Source: a virus. From it: a stretch of DNA of 64,000 nucleotides. Below are positions 20,762-30,800 of this stretch, in pieces. The notes under the pieces are model-generated. The model ran no database searches. It worked only from the letters and a program-made list of their open reading frames with translations, and had not been told where the DNA came from. The DNA lies in the IMG/VR virus record IMGVR_UViG_3300032241_002567, positions 64,001-128,000 of that record; one strand, 5' to 3'. Position 1 is the first letter of the stretch. Every line of letters starts with the position of its first letter. The position numbers and the translations under genes are program-made.

Positions 20762-23361
20762 TTTCCTGCTAATAAATTATAATATGTTTCATATGAAATA
20801 CCTTCAAAATCTTTTTTAAGTCTTGTAGGATCACTGAGTGTTTTACCAACAACAGATTCATCGCCAAATTCAGAACCTTTCATCAATTTAGCTAATGGTG
20901 CTCTAAGTTGTGTTTTTCTACCAATCCCTTTATCAGCACCAATAATAGTTGGCATAATGATTTCTTCTTCTATTTGGTCTGATAAATTTTTTTGATTCGT
21001 TGCTTTTTTTATACTTTTGAATTTAAATTTATTACCGTCTGATATAGGTTTTTCCATTTTAATTAATCCCATAAAGACATCACAATTAGCTTTGATTGGC
21101 TCATTGAAATAACTTTTTTCTAGTTGTGATCCACCATAGTAAGCCCATATAAGACTTTCATTAAGCTTAGTGTATTTTACTAGTATATTGTTTTCTTGTT
21201 TTTCTATTACTTCACAAACTAATGTTGGATGTTTTGTTTTGATTATTTTTTTACCACTATTATCTTCTACTTCTTTTGAAGAAGTATATGTTATAGCAAA
21301 AAAGTTTCCTTTATCTAATTGATTATATGATAAACTTTTAGTTTCTTGCCAAAACAATTTATCACTAGTTTTAGTTTCATTTTCTAAATCTTTTTTATCA
21401 TCAGAATATTTAGTTTCAATATCTTTCATATCTAGTCCAAAATATTTACTTATTAAAGTTGCTCTATTTTTTTCGTAAGATTTTAAAGTATTTTCATTAA
21501 TCATATCTCTAATAAATTGCCCTAATGGATTGCCTGTAACAATTTTTTTACCCAATGTTGTTTTCATTTGCCCCCCACTTAATAACTTTTGATATCTAGG
21601 ATTTTCTAATAAAGCAGAAATTTGATCAGTAAATTTATCATATATTTTAATATTTACCCAAGGGCCATATCCAGGGCCAGCATTTTCACTAGGCACCGGC
21701 GCACTTTCTCTACTAGAACCAATATATTTATATTCACTATAAGTTTGCATAGAAATTTTTCCATTAGGTCTATTTGAAGGTATAGTATTATGTTTATATA
21801 AACGATAGGCTTGACCAAATAAATTAGCAATAGAAATTATACTTTCTCTTGCATCTTTATTTTGTTTCATTTCTTCTTTCATTTTATTGGTATTTGCTGG
21901 CATTTCAACACTATTTTCAACTTTTTCTGCAATTTCATTTGCTTTTTTTAGTTCAACTTTCCATTTATTTTCTTCACCTTCAGAAAAATATTTTTCCCAA
22001 ATTGTTTTAACGTTTTTTTCTTCACTTTCTTCGGTTTCATTTTCTTCTATCGATTCAACTTCTTCTTTTGATATATTTTCTTCTTCTGGTGATGGGGGAA
22101 GTGTAGCAATTTCCTCAAAAATTAAAGATTCTTTTTTAAGTGAGGAAATATTATATTCTTTTAACATAGATTCATATAAATTTATTATATTATCTATGTT
22201 AAGATATTTTTTATCTTTTAATGAATAAAATATTTGTAACATTGAAGCTATATCTTTTGAAATTTTATCAATATTTAAAGATTCGGTTACTGAAAAGCCT
22301 TTTATTTCATTAAAATTTTCTATAATAGAATAACCTAATTTTTTCAACTCATCTGAATTCTGATTATTTACCAATGTTCTTATTTCATTTAAATTTGATT
22401 TTAAATTTAAGTTAAAGACTCTTAATAGATTTTCATATGTTTTATCAGTTTGAATATGTACTGGTAAATTACTTTCTTTTATAAAATTAAAATATTTTAA
22501 TTGTAAAAAATTTTCTTGTAATAAGCCATTTTTAACAATTAAAACTTTTTTTGTCTTTGGATCAGTATAATCAATATTTATAACTGGTTCTAATTTTACA
22601 TTTTTTGGATCAATAGTAAATATTGTTTTTGGGTATGTTATATATTGCAATTTTAAACCATTTGTATCTATATCTAAAATTTTAACAAATCCAATTTTAT
22701 TGTCCTTTGATGTATATTTATAAATTTTTCCCTTTTCAAATTTAGATTCTTCTTGTTTTTTTGGTTCATTTTGTATTTCATTGCCAAATATTAATAATTC
22801 TTTCAAAAATGATAAAACAGAATCATCAAAATTATCTTCTATTTGTTCTTCTTGTTTTGGAATTTTCATTTTTTCAAGTTCTTCTTTGAATTTTTCTAAT
22901 TTATCAATTAAATCTTGTTTATTTCCTCCTTCGAAACTATCATCAGGAAGTTTATTTATGAAATCTATGCAACCTGATATTAAACCATTTTCACCATTTT
23001 CTTTATCTAAAAGAAATTTAATTTTTTCTTCATCTGTTCGCTCACCAGCTACTATATTATAAATTTCTCTTAAAATTTCTTTGACTAATAAATCATTAGC
23101 AGCATTTTTTTCATCTGAAAAAGCAACTGCTATATTTTCTAATTCTTTTTCAATTGATTTAACTACTCCATCAATTTTAGTTAAATTATACCCAATTTTT
23201 AATTTTCTAATAGCTGAATTAATAAATCTACCTAATAAAGATCCACCAAAAGTAATATTATTTGTTAATGAAGATTCATTTATTTTAAATTCTTCTTTTG
23301 TTTCAACTTTTATATCGTTAATTGTGGATAAAAATCCATTCCTATTGTATAAATATTTCAT
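20758..23361 (-). CDS. Large putative internal head/ejection protein (867 aa)
   Basis: Late promoter at 23384-23392; starts MKYL; several [LIV]xE sites (INE, LQE, IKE, VTE); internal tag-like LKYFNFIKES. Confidence 0.6.
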   Translation of the reverse strand: MKYLYNRNGFLSTINDIKVETKEEFKINESSLTNNITFGGSLLGRFINSAIRKLKIGYNLTKIDGVVKSIEKELENIAVAFSDEKNAANDLLVKEILREIYNIVAGERTDEEKIKFLLDKENGENGLISGCIDFINKLPDDSFEGGNKQDLIDKLEKFKEELEKMKIPKQEEQIEDNFDDSVLSFLKELLIFGNEIQNEPKKQEESKFEKGKIYKYTSKDNKIGFVKILDIDTNGLKLQYITYPKTIFTIDPKNVKLEPVINIDYTDPKTKKVLIVKNGLLQENFLQLKYFNFIKESNLPVHIQTDKTYENLLRVFNLNLKSNLNEIRTLVNNQNSDELKKLGYSIIENFNEIKGFSVTESLNIDKISKDIASMLQIFYSLKDKKYLNIDNIINLYESMLKEYNISSLKKESLIFEEIATLPPSPEEENISKEEVESIEENETEESEEKNVKTIWEKYFSEGEENKWKVELKKANEIAEKVENSVEMPANTNKMKEEMKQNKDARESIISIANLFGQAYRLYKHNTIPSNRPNGKISMQTYSEYKYIGSSRESAPVPSENAGPGYGPWVNIKIYDKFTDQISALLENPRYQKLLSGGQMKTTLGKKIVTGNPLGQFIRDMINENTLKSYEKNRATLISKYFGLDMKDIETKYSDDKKDLENETKTSDKLFWQETKSLSYNQLDKGNFFAITYTSSKEVEDNSGKKIIKTKHPTLVCEVIEKQENNILVKYTKLNESLIWAYYGGSQLEKSYFNEPIKANCDVFMGLIKMEKPISDGNKFKFKSIKKATNQKNLSDQIEEEIIMPTIIGADKGIGRKTQLRAPLAKLMKGSEFGDESVVGKTLSDPTRLKKDFEGISYETYYNLLAGK

Positions 23362-23496
23362 GAAAAAATATAATATTTTTAAGTATATATTAAACCTCTA
23401 AATCCTATTATAAAAAATTATAAAAAAACCTAATTTGAGGCATAAAATCTAATTTTTTTTGAAATATATAATGTATTAATTTAATAAATTAATTTT

Positions 23497-23781
23497 ATGA
23501 GATTCAAGGAATTAAAGGTAGGTGAAAAGATTTTAACAAATTCTATGAATATAGAAGAAGAACTTACCAAACACAATATGCAGTGGTTAATTAACTCTGA
23601 AATAGAGAATGCTGTAGTGGAAATCAAAAACAATACATTAATCTGGAAAAATGGGACTTTTTTTGCTGGCAATTGGTATTATGGTATATGGCAAGATGGC
23701 AATTTTCACGGAACATGGGAAAATGGTATATGGGAAAATGGTCACTTTGACGGTAAATGGAAGTCTGGGATTAAAAACTAA
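23497..23781 (+). CDS. Small protein with G-x-[WF]-x-x repeats
   Basis: WKNGTFFAGNWYYGIWQDGNFHGTWENGIWENGHFDGKW, beta-helix-like pentapeptide repeat. Confidence 0.7.
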   Translation: MRFKELKVGEKILTNSMNIEEELTKHNMQWLINSEIENAVVEIKNNTLIWKNGTFFAGNWYYGIWQDGNFHGTWENGIWENGHFDGKWKSGIKN

Positions 23782-23815
23782 TCCAGAAATGGATATAAAA
23801 AATAAATTTTCTTTT

Positions 23816-24274
23816 ATGAAAAAGAAAAGGGTTTTAACGAAAGTAAAAGAAATAACTGAAGTTATTTATGCATCAAGTAGAGTTAGAGTAAGTAAAGAAT
23901 TAAACGGCGAATTATTTTTTGAAATTGAAAATGAAATTACATCAGATTTATCAGAGGCAATAGCAATAGCATTACATAAGGGAATTATAGATAAAGAATT
24001 TTGGAAAATAACATTTAATATTGATATAAATAATATATCTCCTGATAAAGCTTTATACTGGCTTTCAGGCGGTGACATAGAATGGATTTCTAAAAACCAT
24101 TATAACTTTAATTGGTCAGAAGTTTATTTAGCTTACCAGGAAGAATTTGGACTAAGTATCATAGATATTATATCTAATTCATATAATTTTGAAGAAATTA
24201 AAAAAGAATTTTTAAATAAATTAAATCTTTCTATCTTATATGAATTCGCACTTGAAAATAATTTTGTTAAATAA
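23816..24274 (+). CDS. Hypothetical protein; true start probably 23816 or 23789 rather than 23651
   Basis: The 23651 start overlaps the upstream gene out of frame; in-frame ATGs follow its stop. Confidence 0.6.
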   Translation: MKKKRVLTKVKEITEVIYASSRVRVSKELNGELFFEIENEITSDLSEAIAIALHKGIIDKEFWKITFNIDINNISPDKALYWLSGGDIEWISKNHYNFNWSEVYLAYQEEFGLSIIDIISNSYNFEEIKKEFLNKLNLSILYEFALENNFVK

Positions 24275-24310
24275 TTAAAAAGGAAGGCATATTAATGCCT
24301 TCCTTTTTAA
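24275..24310. terminator. Intrinsic terminator
   Basis: ttaaaaaggaaggcat-atta-atgccttcctttttaa. Confidence 0.8.
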
Positions 24311-24320
24311 TATATACACT

Positions 24321-24590
24321 ATGGAAAATAAATCAATTTGCTCAAATCCATGGTGTAAAGCACCTTATTCATATGAAGGAGATATTGCTCCTGGTCAATG
24401 TCCTAAATGTATAAGTTTTGATAAAGACTTATCAGGTGGAGTTACTTGGGTTACGAAAAATTATACAGAACCAAGAGACGATGGTAGAGTACACGAAATT
24501 ATGATAAATATGGATGGAATGAGTAAATCAAATTATAGTGGAAATGGAAGACCTTTATTGGGTTTAATTAAAAAATTTTTAGGAAAATGA
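24321..24590 (+). CDS. Small zinc-ribbon protein
   Basis: CSNPWC...CPKC; late promoter at 24308-24316. Confidence 0.65.
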   Translation: MENKSICSNPWCKAPYSYEGDIAPGQCPKCISFDKDLSGGVTWVTKNYTEPRDDGRVHEIMINMDGMSKSNYSGNGRPLLGLIKKFLGK

Positions 24591-25429
24591 TAGGACACAT
24601 TTTTGATATTGATACATTAATTAGTGTTGATTCACATCCTTGGATTGTTGATAAAAATAATCCAAATAATCCGTTAATGAAAATTTCTAAAACAGATTAT
24701 AATTTATTTAAAAATGGAGTTTATAAAAAGCAAGGAAATAAAATCGAATATAATGGAAAAACATATTGGCTTCCAAGTGATGTGTTTGAAAAATTAAAAG
24801 TTATTGCTAAAAAAAATAAAATTGGATTGAATGACTTTGCTATATCTTTAAAAGAATTTTTAAATGAAGATATGGCTGATGAATTAAATTTTGAAATAAA
24901 TTGGGAATCTATTAAACATTTAAAAAATAAAAACGAAGATATTTATATAGTTTGCTCTAATAATACTGAAAAATATTATGGAAAAATTTTAAAGAAATTA
25001 ATGGAAAAATTAAAATGGGAAGGAATAGATGTTAAGAAATTTTATTATATTAATGAAACATTTTACAATATTAATACCGATGAAATAATTTTTAAAAAGG
25101 CATTAATTAATTTACAACATTTAATAGGATATGAAATTCAAAAAGAAAAGTTTATAGATAAAGAAGTTACAAAATATTCAAAATTAAATTTTTATGATAA
25201 TGACTTTGACACATTAAAAATGATAGATGAAATTAATTCATATTTAAGGTTTATATTATCTAAATCAGATGTTGGAATCAAACAAGTTGTAAAAGAAGGA
25301 ATTGACTATGATAAACCAGAATTTGTAGTAAATAAAATAACAGGAAATAAATATAATAATATTATAACAAAATCAGTTAAAATTAATAATTCTTATCTAA
25401 TGAAATTTGAAAATTTTAAATGGAAATAA
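24587..25429 (+). CDS. HAD-fold-like protein
   Basis: N-terminal HIFDIDTL, VCS, late FYDND; ends in YLMKFENFKWK. Confidence 0.5.
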   Translation: MIGHIFDIDTLISVDSHPWIVDKNNPNNPLMKISKTDYNLFKNGVYKKQGNKIEYNGKTYWLPSDVFEKLKVIAKKNKIGLNDFAISLKEFLNEDMADELNFEINWESIKHLKNKNEDIYIVCSNNTEKYYGKILKKLMEKLKWEGIDVKKFYYINETFYNINTDEIIFKKALINLQHLIGYEIQKEKFIDKEVTKYSKLNFYDNDFDTLKMIDEINSYLRFILSKSDVGIKQVVKEGIDYDKPEFVVNKITGNKYNNIITKSVKINNSYLMKFENFKWK

Positions 25430-25461
25430 AAAAAGCGGTTTTAAACCGCTTTTTTTATTTC
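25423..25461. terminator. Bidirectional terminator
   Basis: gaaataaaaaaagcggttt-t-aaaccgctttttttatttc, 19-bp arms including both stop codons. Confidence 0.8.
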
Positions 25462-25820
25462 TTTTTCTTCCTTGCTTTAGCTTTTTTTGCCTGTGCCCAT
25501 AATTTAGCATCCGCCTTTCTTGCTCCGCCAGCACCAGTTATAAACGAATTGACTCTTCCGGTTGCCCAAGCTTCCTGAGGTGTACCAGGACGATGTCCGG
25601 AATTCCAAGCGGCTCTTCCTTTTTTATATACTTTTTTTAGAATAGAAGAAGGTATACCACTTGCCTTTGATTTATTTGCTATCATTTTTGCGGCTTTTGA
25701 ATTTGGATTATCAACCGAACCTGATTCTGAGCCTTCTAAAATAATATCTTCTATTAAATAGAAATAATCTTTAAAATCAATATCTTCGCAAAAATTTTCA
25801 AAAGTTTTAATATTTACCAT
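25455..25820 (-). CDS. DUF5824-like protein, C-terminal half
   Basis: SGIP..ILKKVY.KG.AAW.SGHRPG..Q.AWA..RVNSF...AD..LW; tag MVNIKTFENF. Confidence 0.7.
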   Translation of the reverse strand: MVNIKTFENFCEDIDFKDYFYLIEDIILEGSESGSVDNPNSKAAKMIANKSKASGIPSSILKKVYKKGRAAWNSGHRPGTPQEAWATGRVNSFITGAGGARKADAKLWAQAKKAKARKKKK

Positions 25821-25894
25821 AAATAAGTTATTTACTTATATATTTTGAATAAAATCATAACACCAGGAACGTGCCCACTATTAATATATAATAT

Positions 25895-26938
25895 ATGAAA
25901 CATAAACATCATATTATACCAAAACACATGGGAGGTTCGAATGAAAACGAAAATTTAATTGAATTGACGATTGAAGAACATGCTGAGGCGCATAAAATTT
26001 TATATGAAAAATATGGCAAATTAGAAGACTTTTTAGCTTGGCGAGGTCTATTAGGTCAGATAAGTAAAGAAGAAATAATTTCAGAAATTTCAAAACAGAA
26101 TGGCAAAATTAATGGTAAATTTTGTTTTGAAAATAAATTAGGTATATTTTCTTTAACAGACAAAGAGAAAAAACTAAAAAATTATAAAGGCGGAAAAATA
26201 AGTGGTCTAAAAAATGCCAAATCAGGGCATTGTGCTAAAATTGCCAATTTGGGTGGTAAAGCATCTTCTGGTATGAAATTTTGGTTTAATCCAAAAACTA
26301 ATAAAGAAACCAGGTCTTTTGAATGTCCGGGAAAAGAATGGATACCTGGTATTAAAATGGAACGAATAAATATAGAAAATTTAAAAAAACACTCTAATAA
26401 TGTTAAAGGAAAATTTTGGATTCACAATCCAGATACAAATGAGTCTAAAATGATATCATCAATAGATGAAATGCCTGAAGAGTTTATTTATGGTAGAAAA
26501 ATTGAAATTAAAAATACCATTGAATTAATAAATGTTGGTTTTAATTTTAAATCAGAATTACCAAAAATAAAGTCAGAATTTAAAGATATTAGATTTGATA
26601 ATTCATACAAAAGATGGATATTTGAATTTGAATTAAATAATAAAAAACATAAAATTACACACATAGATTATTATGGACTTTTATGGAGTAGAGATTGTAT
26701 TATTAATTATTATAAATTAGATAAGATAAAATCAAAAAAAATAGAAGATTCATTATCTAAAGAAGAAATTTCAGAATTGCTTAAAGATTTTAAAGAATAT
26801 TTAAAAATTAAAAATATTTTGGCAAAAAAACTAAAAAAATCAAAAAAAGATGCATATTTTAAAAAATTATTAGAATATGAAAAAAATTATGATATTGTAT
26901 TAGAAAAAATTCAAATTTATGATAAAAAAGAGGATTAA
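25895..26938 (+). CDS. Free-standing HNH homing endonuclease
   Basis: HKHHIIPKHMGGSN...NL..LT..EH..AH; two WxNP.T.E repeats (DNA-binding module); own late promoter at 25882-25890. Confidence 0.85.
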   Translation: MKHKHHIIPKHMGGSNENENLIELTIEEHAEAHKILYEKYGKLEDFLAWRGLLGQISKEEIISEISKQNGKINGKFCFENKLGIFSLTDKEKKLKNYKGGKISGLKNAKSGHCAKIANLGGKASSGMKFWFNPKTNKETRSFECPGKEWIPGIKMERINIENLKKHSNNVKGKFWIHNPDTNESKMISSIDEMPEEFIYGRKIEIKNTIELINVGFNFKSELPKIKSEFKDIRFDNSYKRWIFEFELNNKKHKITHIDYYGLLWSRDCIINYYKLDKIKSKKIEDSLSKEEISELLKDFKEYLKIKNILAKKLKKSKKDAYFKKLLEYEKNYDIVLEKIQIYDKKED

Positions 26939-26939
26939 A

Positions 26940-27209
26940 TTAATCCTCTTTTTTATCAAACATTCTTTGATAAGCTTTGGTTGCTGCGGATTTTTTAGTT
27001 TTTACTCTTTTGCCTTTACCACCTTTTCCAGAAGTATAATCAGCATCCCAGTCTTTTTTATATTCTTTTTTACCACGAAATCTATCAATTTCTTTTTTCA
27101 TAGCACCAGGATTTTTTGTCAAATATTTACCTGGTATTTTATGACCTTTATAATATTCAGATTTCTTTTTTTCAAGTAAAAATTCTTCAAAAGTAAAAAT
27201 ATTTTCCAT
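26940..27209 (-). CDS. DUF5824-like protein, N-terminal half (basic)
   Basis: IPGKY...D...KTKKS..TK.Y..MF; tag MENIFTFEEFLLE; late promoter at 27214-27222. Confidence 0.6.
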   Translation of the reverse strand: MENIFTFEEFLLEKKKSEYYKGHKIPGKYLTKNPGAMKKEIDRFRGKKEYKKDWDADYTSGKGGKGKRVKTKKSAATKAYQRMFDKKED

Positions 27210-27219
27210 TAACTATATA

Positions 27220-27831
27220 TTATGGTTTATTTTTCAAATATTTTGATATTGCATCATTAAGATTTCTAGAATCCATTACTATATTATCTTTTGTTTCTTC
27301 GTCTTCAAATTCTTCTTCAACCATTTGATTTTGAACTTCATTTAATCCAAAATCTTTTCTCATTTCTTTCCAGAATTTTTCTAAATCTGTTTTAACTGAT
27401 GTATTAAATTTAATATTATCTCTCATCTGTGCCATAGTTTGATTTACAACTTCATGCATCCTTGCATTATTTTCACCATTATCAACTTGTCTTAATTGTG
27501 ATATTAATGTTTTTCTTGTCATCTTAATTAAGAATAAAGTTTCGGCATAGTTTTGAGCGTCTTCTTCTATTTTATTTTTGATATACTGGTGTTCTTTCAT
27601 CTTGGGCGCATCACCTAAATAAAGATCTAATAAGGAATTTAATACATTATCTGCACGATTTTTTGACTCTGATAAATCATTTTCGTAATTATAAATTTCA
27701 ATCTCACCTAATTCTGGCAAATCATCTAATTTAGCGAGATACATATTAACATCTAAATCTTTATTTTCTTCTTGAATTTTGTTAAATTCTTCTTGAAGAT
27801 TATTTATTTTTTCATTTTTCTTATCCGCCAT
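27220..27831 (-). CDS. Putative terminase small subunit (T4 gp16-like)
   Basis: Helical protein; ARMHEVVNQ resembles the gp16 PRAYEV motif; divergent from TerL. Confidence 0.5.
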   Translation of the reverse strand: MADKKNEKINNLQEEFNKIQEENKDLDVNMYLAKLDDLPELGEIEIYNYENDLSESKNRADNVLNSLLDLYLGDAPKMKEHQYIKNKIEEDAQNYAETLFLIKMTRKTLISQLRQVDNGENNARMHEVVNQTMAQMRDNIKFNTSVKTDLEKFWKEMRKDFGLNEVQNQMVEEEFEDEETKDNIVMDSRNLNDAISKYLKNKP

Positions 27832-27849
27832 AGGAATTCAATTTTTTAT

Positions 27850-27860
27850 TATATATATTA
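27850..27860. promoter_or_regulatory. Shared, potentially bidirectional late promoter of TerS/TerL
   Basis: tatatatatta is the only promoter-like element in the 45-bp divergent spacer. Confidence 0.55.
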
Positions 27861-27876
27861 AAAAATTACATTTCTT

Positions 27877-30800
27877 ATGACAATAGCCAAAAAGCAACAA
27901 CAACAAGAAGAAAACAAGAAATTTATATTTACAACCAAAAATGTATCAGAAATTTCTGAACAAATGAGCGATGGTGTTATTATTAAAAGATACATGAATC
28001 CATGGTTTAAAGGTGAAGTTGGAGTTCGAAGATCTGGTATATCTTTTGGTATAACTCAAGATGAAGTGCAAGAATATATTAGATGTATGGATGACGTACA
28101 ATATTTTGCAGAAAAATATTGTCAAATCAAAAGAGAAGATGGTTCTATTGGACCAATTAAATTAAGAGATTATCAAAAAGGTATATTAGATCTTTATAAA
28201 AATCCAAGAGTTATATTATGCGCCAGTCGTCAAAGTGGTAAGGCATTACGTGACAATTCCTATGTGTGGACCATTTATGGTAAGAAATTTATTTCTGATT
28301 TAAAAGTGGGAGAAAAAATATTTGGGGATGATGGTAAATTAACTACAGTCACCGGAGTATTTCCACAGGGCAAAAAACAGCTTTATAAAATAACATTCTC
28401 GGATAATACATCAGTTGAATGTTGTGGTGAACATCTTTGGGGATTATATAACCATGAAAGAATTTATAAAGTTATGCAATTAAATGATTTTAAAGATAAC
28501 TATTTAACTAAAAGAGGGGATAGTAAATTTTACACAAAAGTAGCACCTTGTGTTGAATATGAAACGAAAGAGTTGAAAATAGATCCTTATTTTTTAGGGT
28601 TATTAATTGGTGATGGTGGTATTTCAAATAAAGGAAATTATATAACATCAATAGATGAATCAATTATAAATTATTGTAGAGAAGAGGTAAAAAATTATAA
28701 TTGTGAATTAGTTTTATCAGATAGATGTACATATAGAATAACCACTTTAACTAAAGGTAAAAACAATATATTAACTGGGTTATTAGATGAATTTAATTTA
28801 AAAGTTAAATCATACGAAAAACATATTCCAAATATTTATTTAACTTCGGATAAATCACAAAGAATTCAATTATTACAAGGTTTAATGGATACTGATGGTT
28901 GCGTTGATTCAAAAAAAGGTGGTGTTGAATTTTGCACCACTTCCAAACAATTATCTATTGATTTTGTTGAATTATGCAATTCTCTTGGTATAAAAACATC
29001 AGCAACTACAAGACAAACTTCATTTACCTATAAAGGTGAAAAAAAATTAGGTAGATTGTCATATCTTATAAAAATGTATGTTAATAACACCGATTTTAAT
29101 ATCTTTAAATTAGAGAGAAAAAATGTCAATGTTAGAAAAGATAAAAAATTTAATTTGGCAACATATAGAGGTATTGAAAAAATTGAAAAAATTGAAATTG
29201 ATAATTGTACATGCATTTCAGTGGACAATAAAAGTAAATTATTTTTAACAAATAATTTTATACCAACACATAATACAATCAATGCGGCAATCTCAATTTT
29301 GCATTTTATTACTTTTAATAATGATAAAAATGTCATGATTGTGGCAAATCTTCGTGATACTACTATCGAAATTGTAGATAAGATAAAATCTATTTATGTT
29401 AATTTACCTTTCTTTTTAAAAGTAGGTATTAAAAACTGGAATCAAAAATCTATGGTTTGCGAAAATGGATGTAAAATTAGAACAGCTGCGAGAAGTAAAG
29501 CTCCTGCGATTGGTTTTACAATTGACTTCCTTTATTTGGACGAATTTGCGCATATTCCATCGAATATTATTGAGCCTTATTATACAGCAGTTTATCCTAT
29601 CGTATCAGCGGTTAATAATTCTAAGATAGTTATAACATCAACCCCAAAGGGTATGAATTTATTTTATAAATTATTAATAGATTCAGAAAGAGATGAATTA
29701 GATCCTTTAAAAACTAATTTTAAATCAAAAAGAATATATTGGTATGAAGTAGAAGGAAGATTTGTCACATATTTTCGTTTATTTGATAATAAATTATTTG
29801 AATATGGTTTAACAAAAGAAGATGTTTTTGAACAGGTTAAAGCAGCATTTCCACAAACTAAAGTTGAAATGAAATGGATAGCTGATTTAGAAAAACATGT
29901 AATTCATATTTATAATAAACATGAAGGTATCATTACACCGTCAGAAGATGTCAAAAAATTCATGGTTGAAAAAGACGATAAACAAATATTTATTCAACAA
30001 CTTGCATATGTAACTACTTGGCAAGAAGAAACAATAAAAGAAATTGGTGGCGAAGATGCCTTTAACCAAGAATATGGATTGAGATTTGTTGATGGCTCGC
30101 GTTCGTTGTTGAGCGAGGCATTAATCGATGATTTATTAAAAAATAAAAAACCTTATATACATTATCCTTCTTATGAATTTGATAGAAAATTGAAGTTTAA
30201 TTATGAAGATTTAAAGTTTGTTGATGATACTTCAATATTTTCTCCACTTGATAGGAAAAAAATGAAAATTATTTTATCAGTAGATATATCAGAAGGATTA
30301 GGACAAGATTATTCAGTAATTAATATGTTTAGAATTACACCAAAACCAATCGAAACAATTGAAAATTATAAAAGGGAATATAAATATTTATCTGACTTTT
30401 TTCATTTACAACAATTTGGTATATATAGATCAAACCTTGTATCTGTAAGACAATTGGCGGAATTGTTTTATGTATTATCTTTTGAGTATTTTGATCCAGA
30501 AAATGTTAAAGCAGTAGTAGAATATAATACTTATGGAGGACAATTTTTAGCGGAAATGCCACATCTATTTGATGGTAATAATAATTACGGTTCTGGAATA
30601 TTTTTCCGTTATAAACATAGAATAGACTCAGAAGAAGAAAAAATAGGTTTAAGAATTACTAGTAATAAAGAATTTTTAGTTAAGGATTATCAGGAACATA
30701 TGAATAAAAGAAATTTTGAAATTAATAATGCAACAAATATAAATGAAATAACCACATTTATAAAACATGTATTGCCTTCTGGAAATATAAGATATGCGGC

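Noticed and set aside
25821-26939. Group I intron interrupting the DUF5824-like gene
   Set aside because: The HNH is antisense, the spacers are too short for a ribozyme core, and each half has its own start, stop and promoter-like motif
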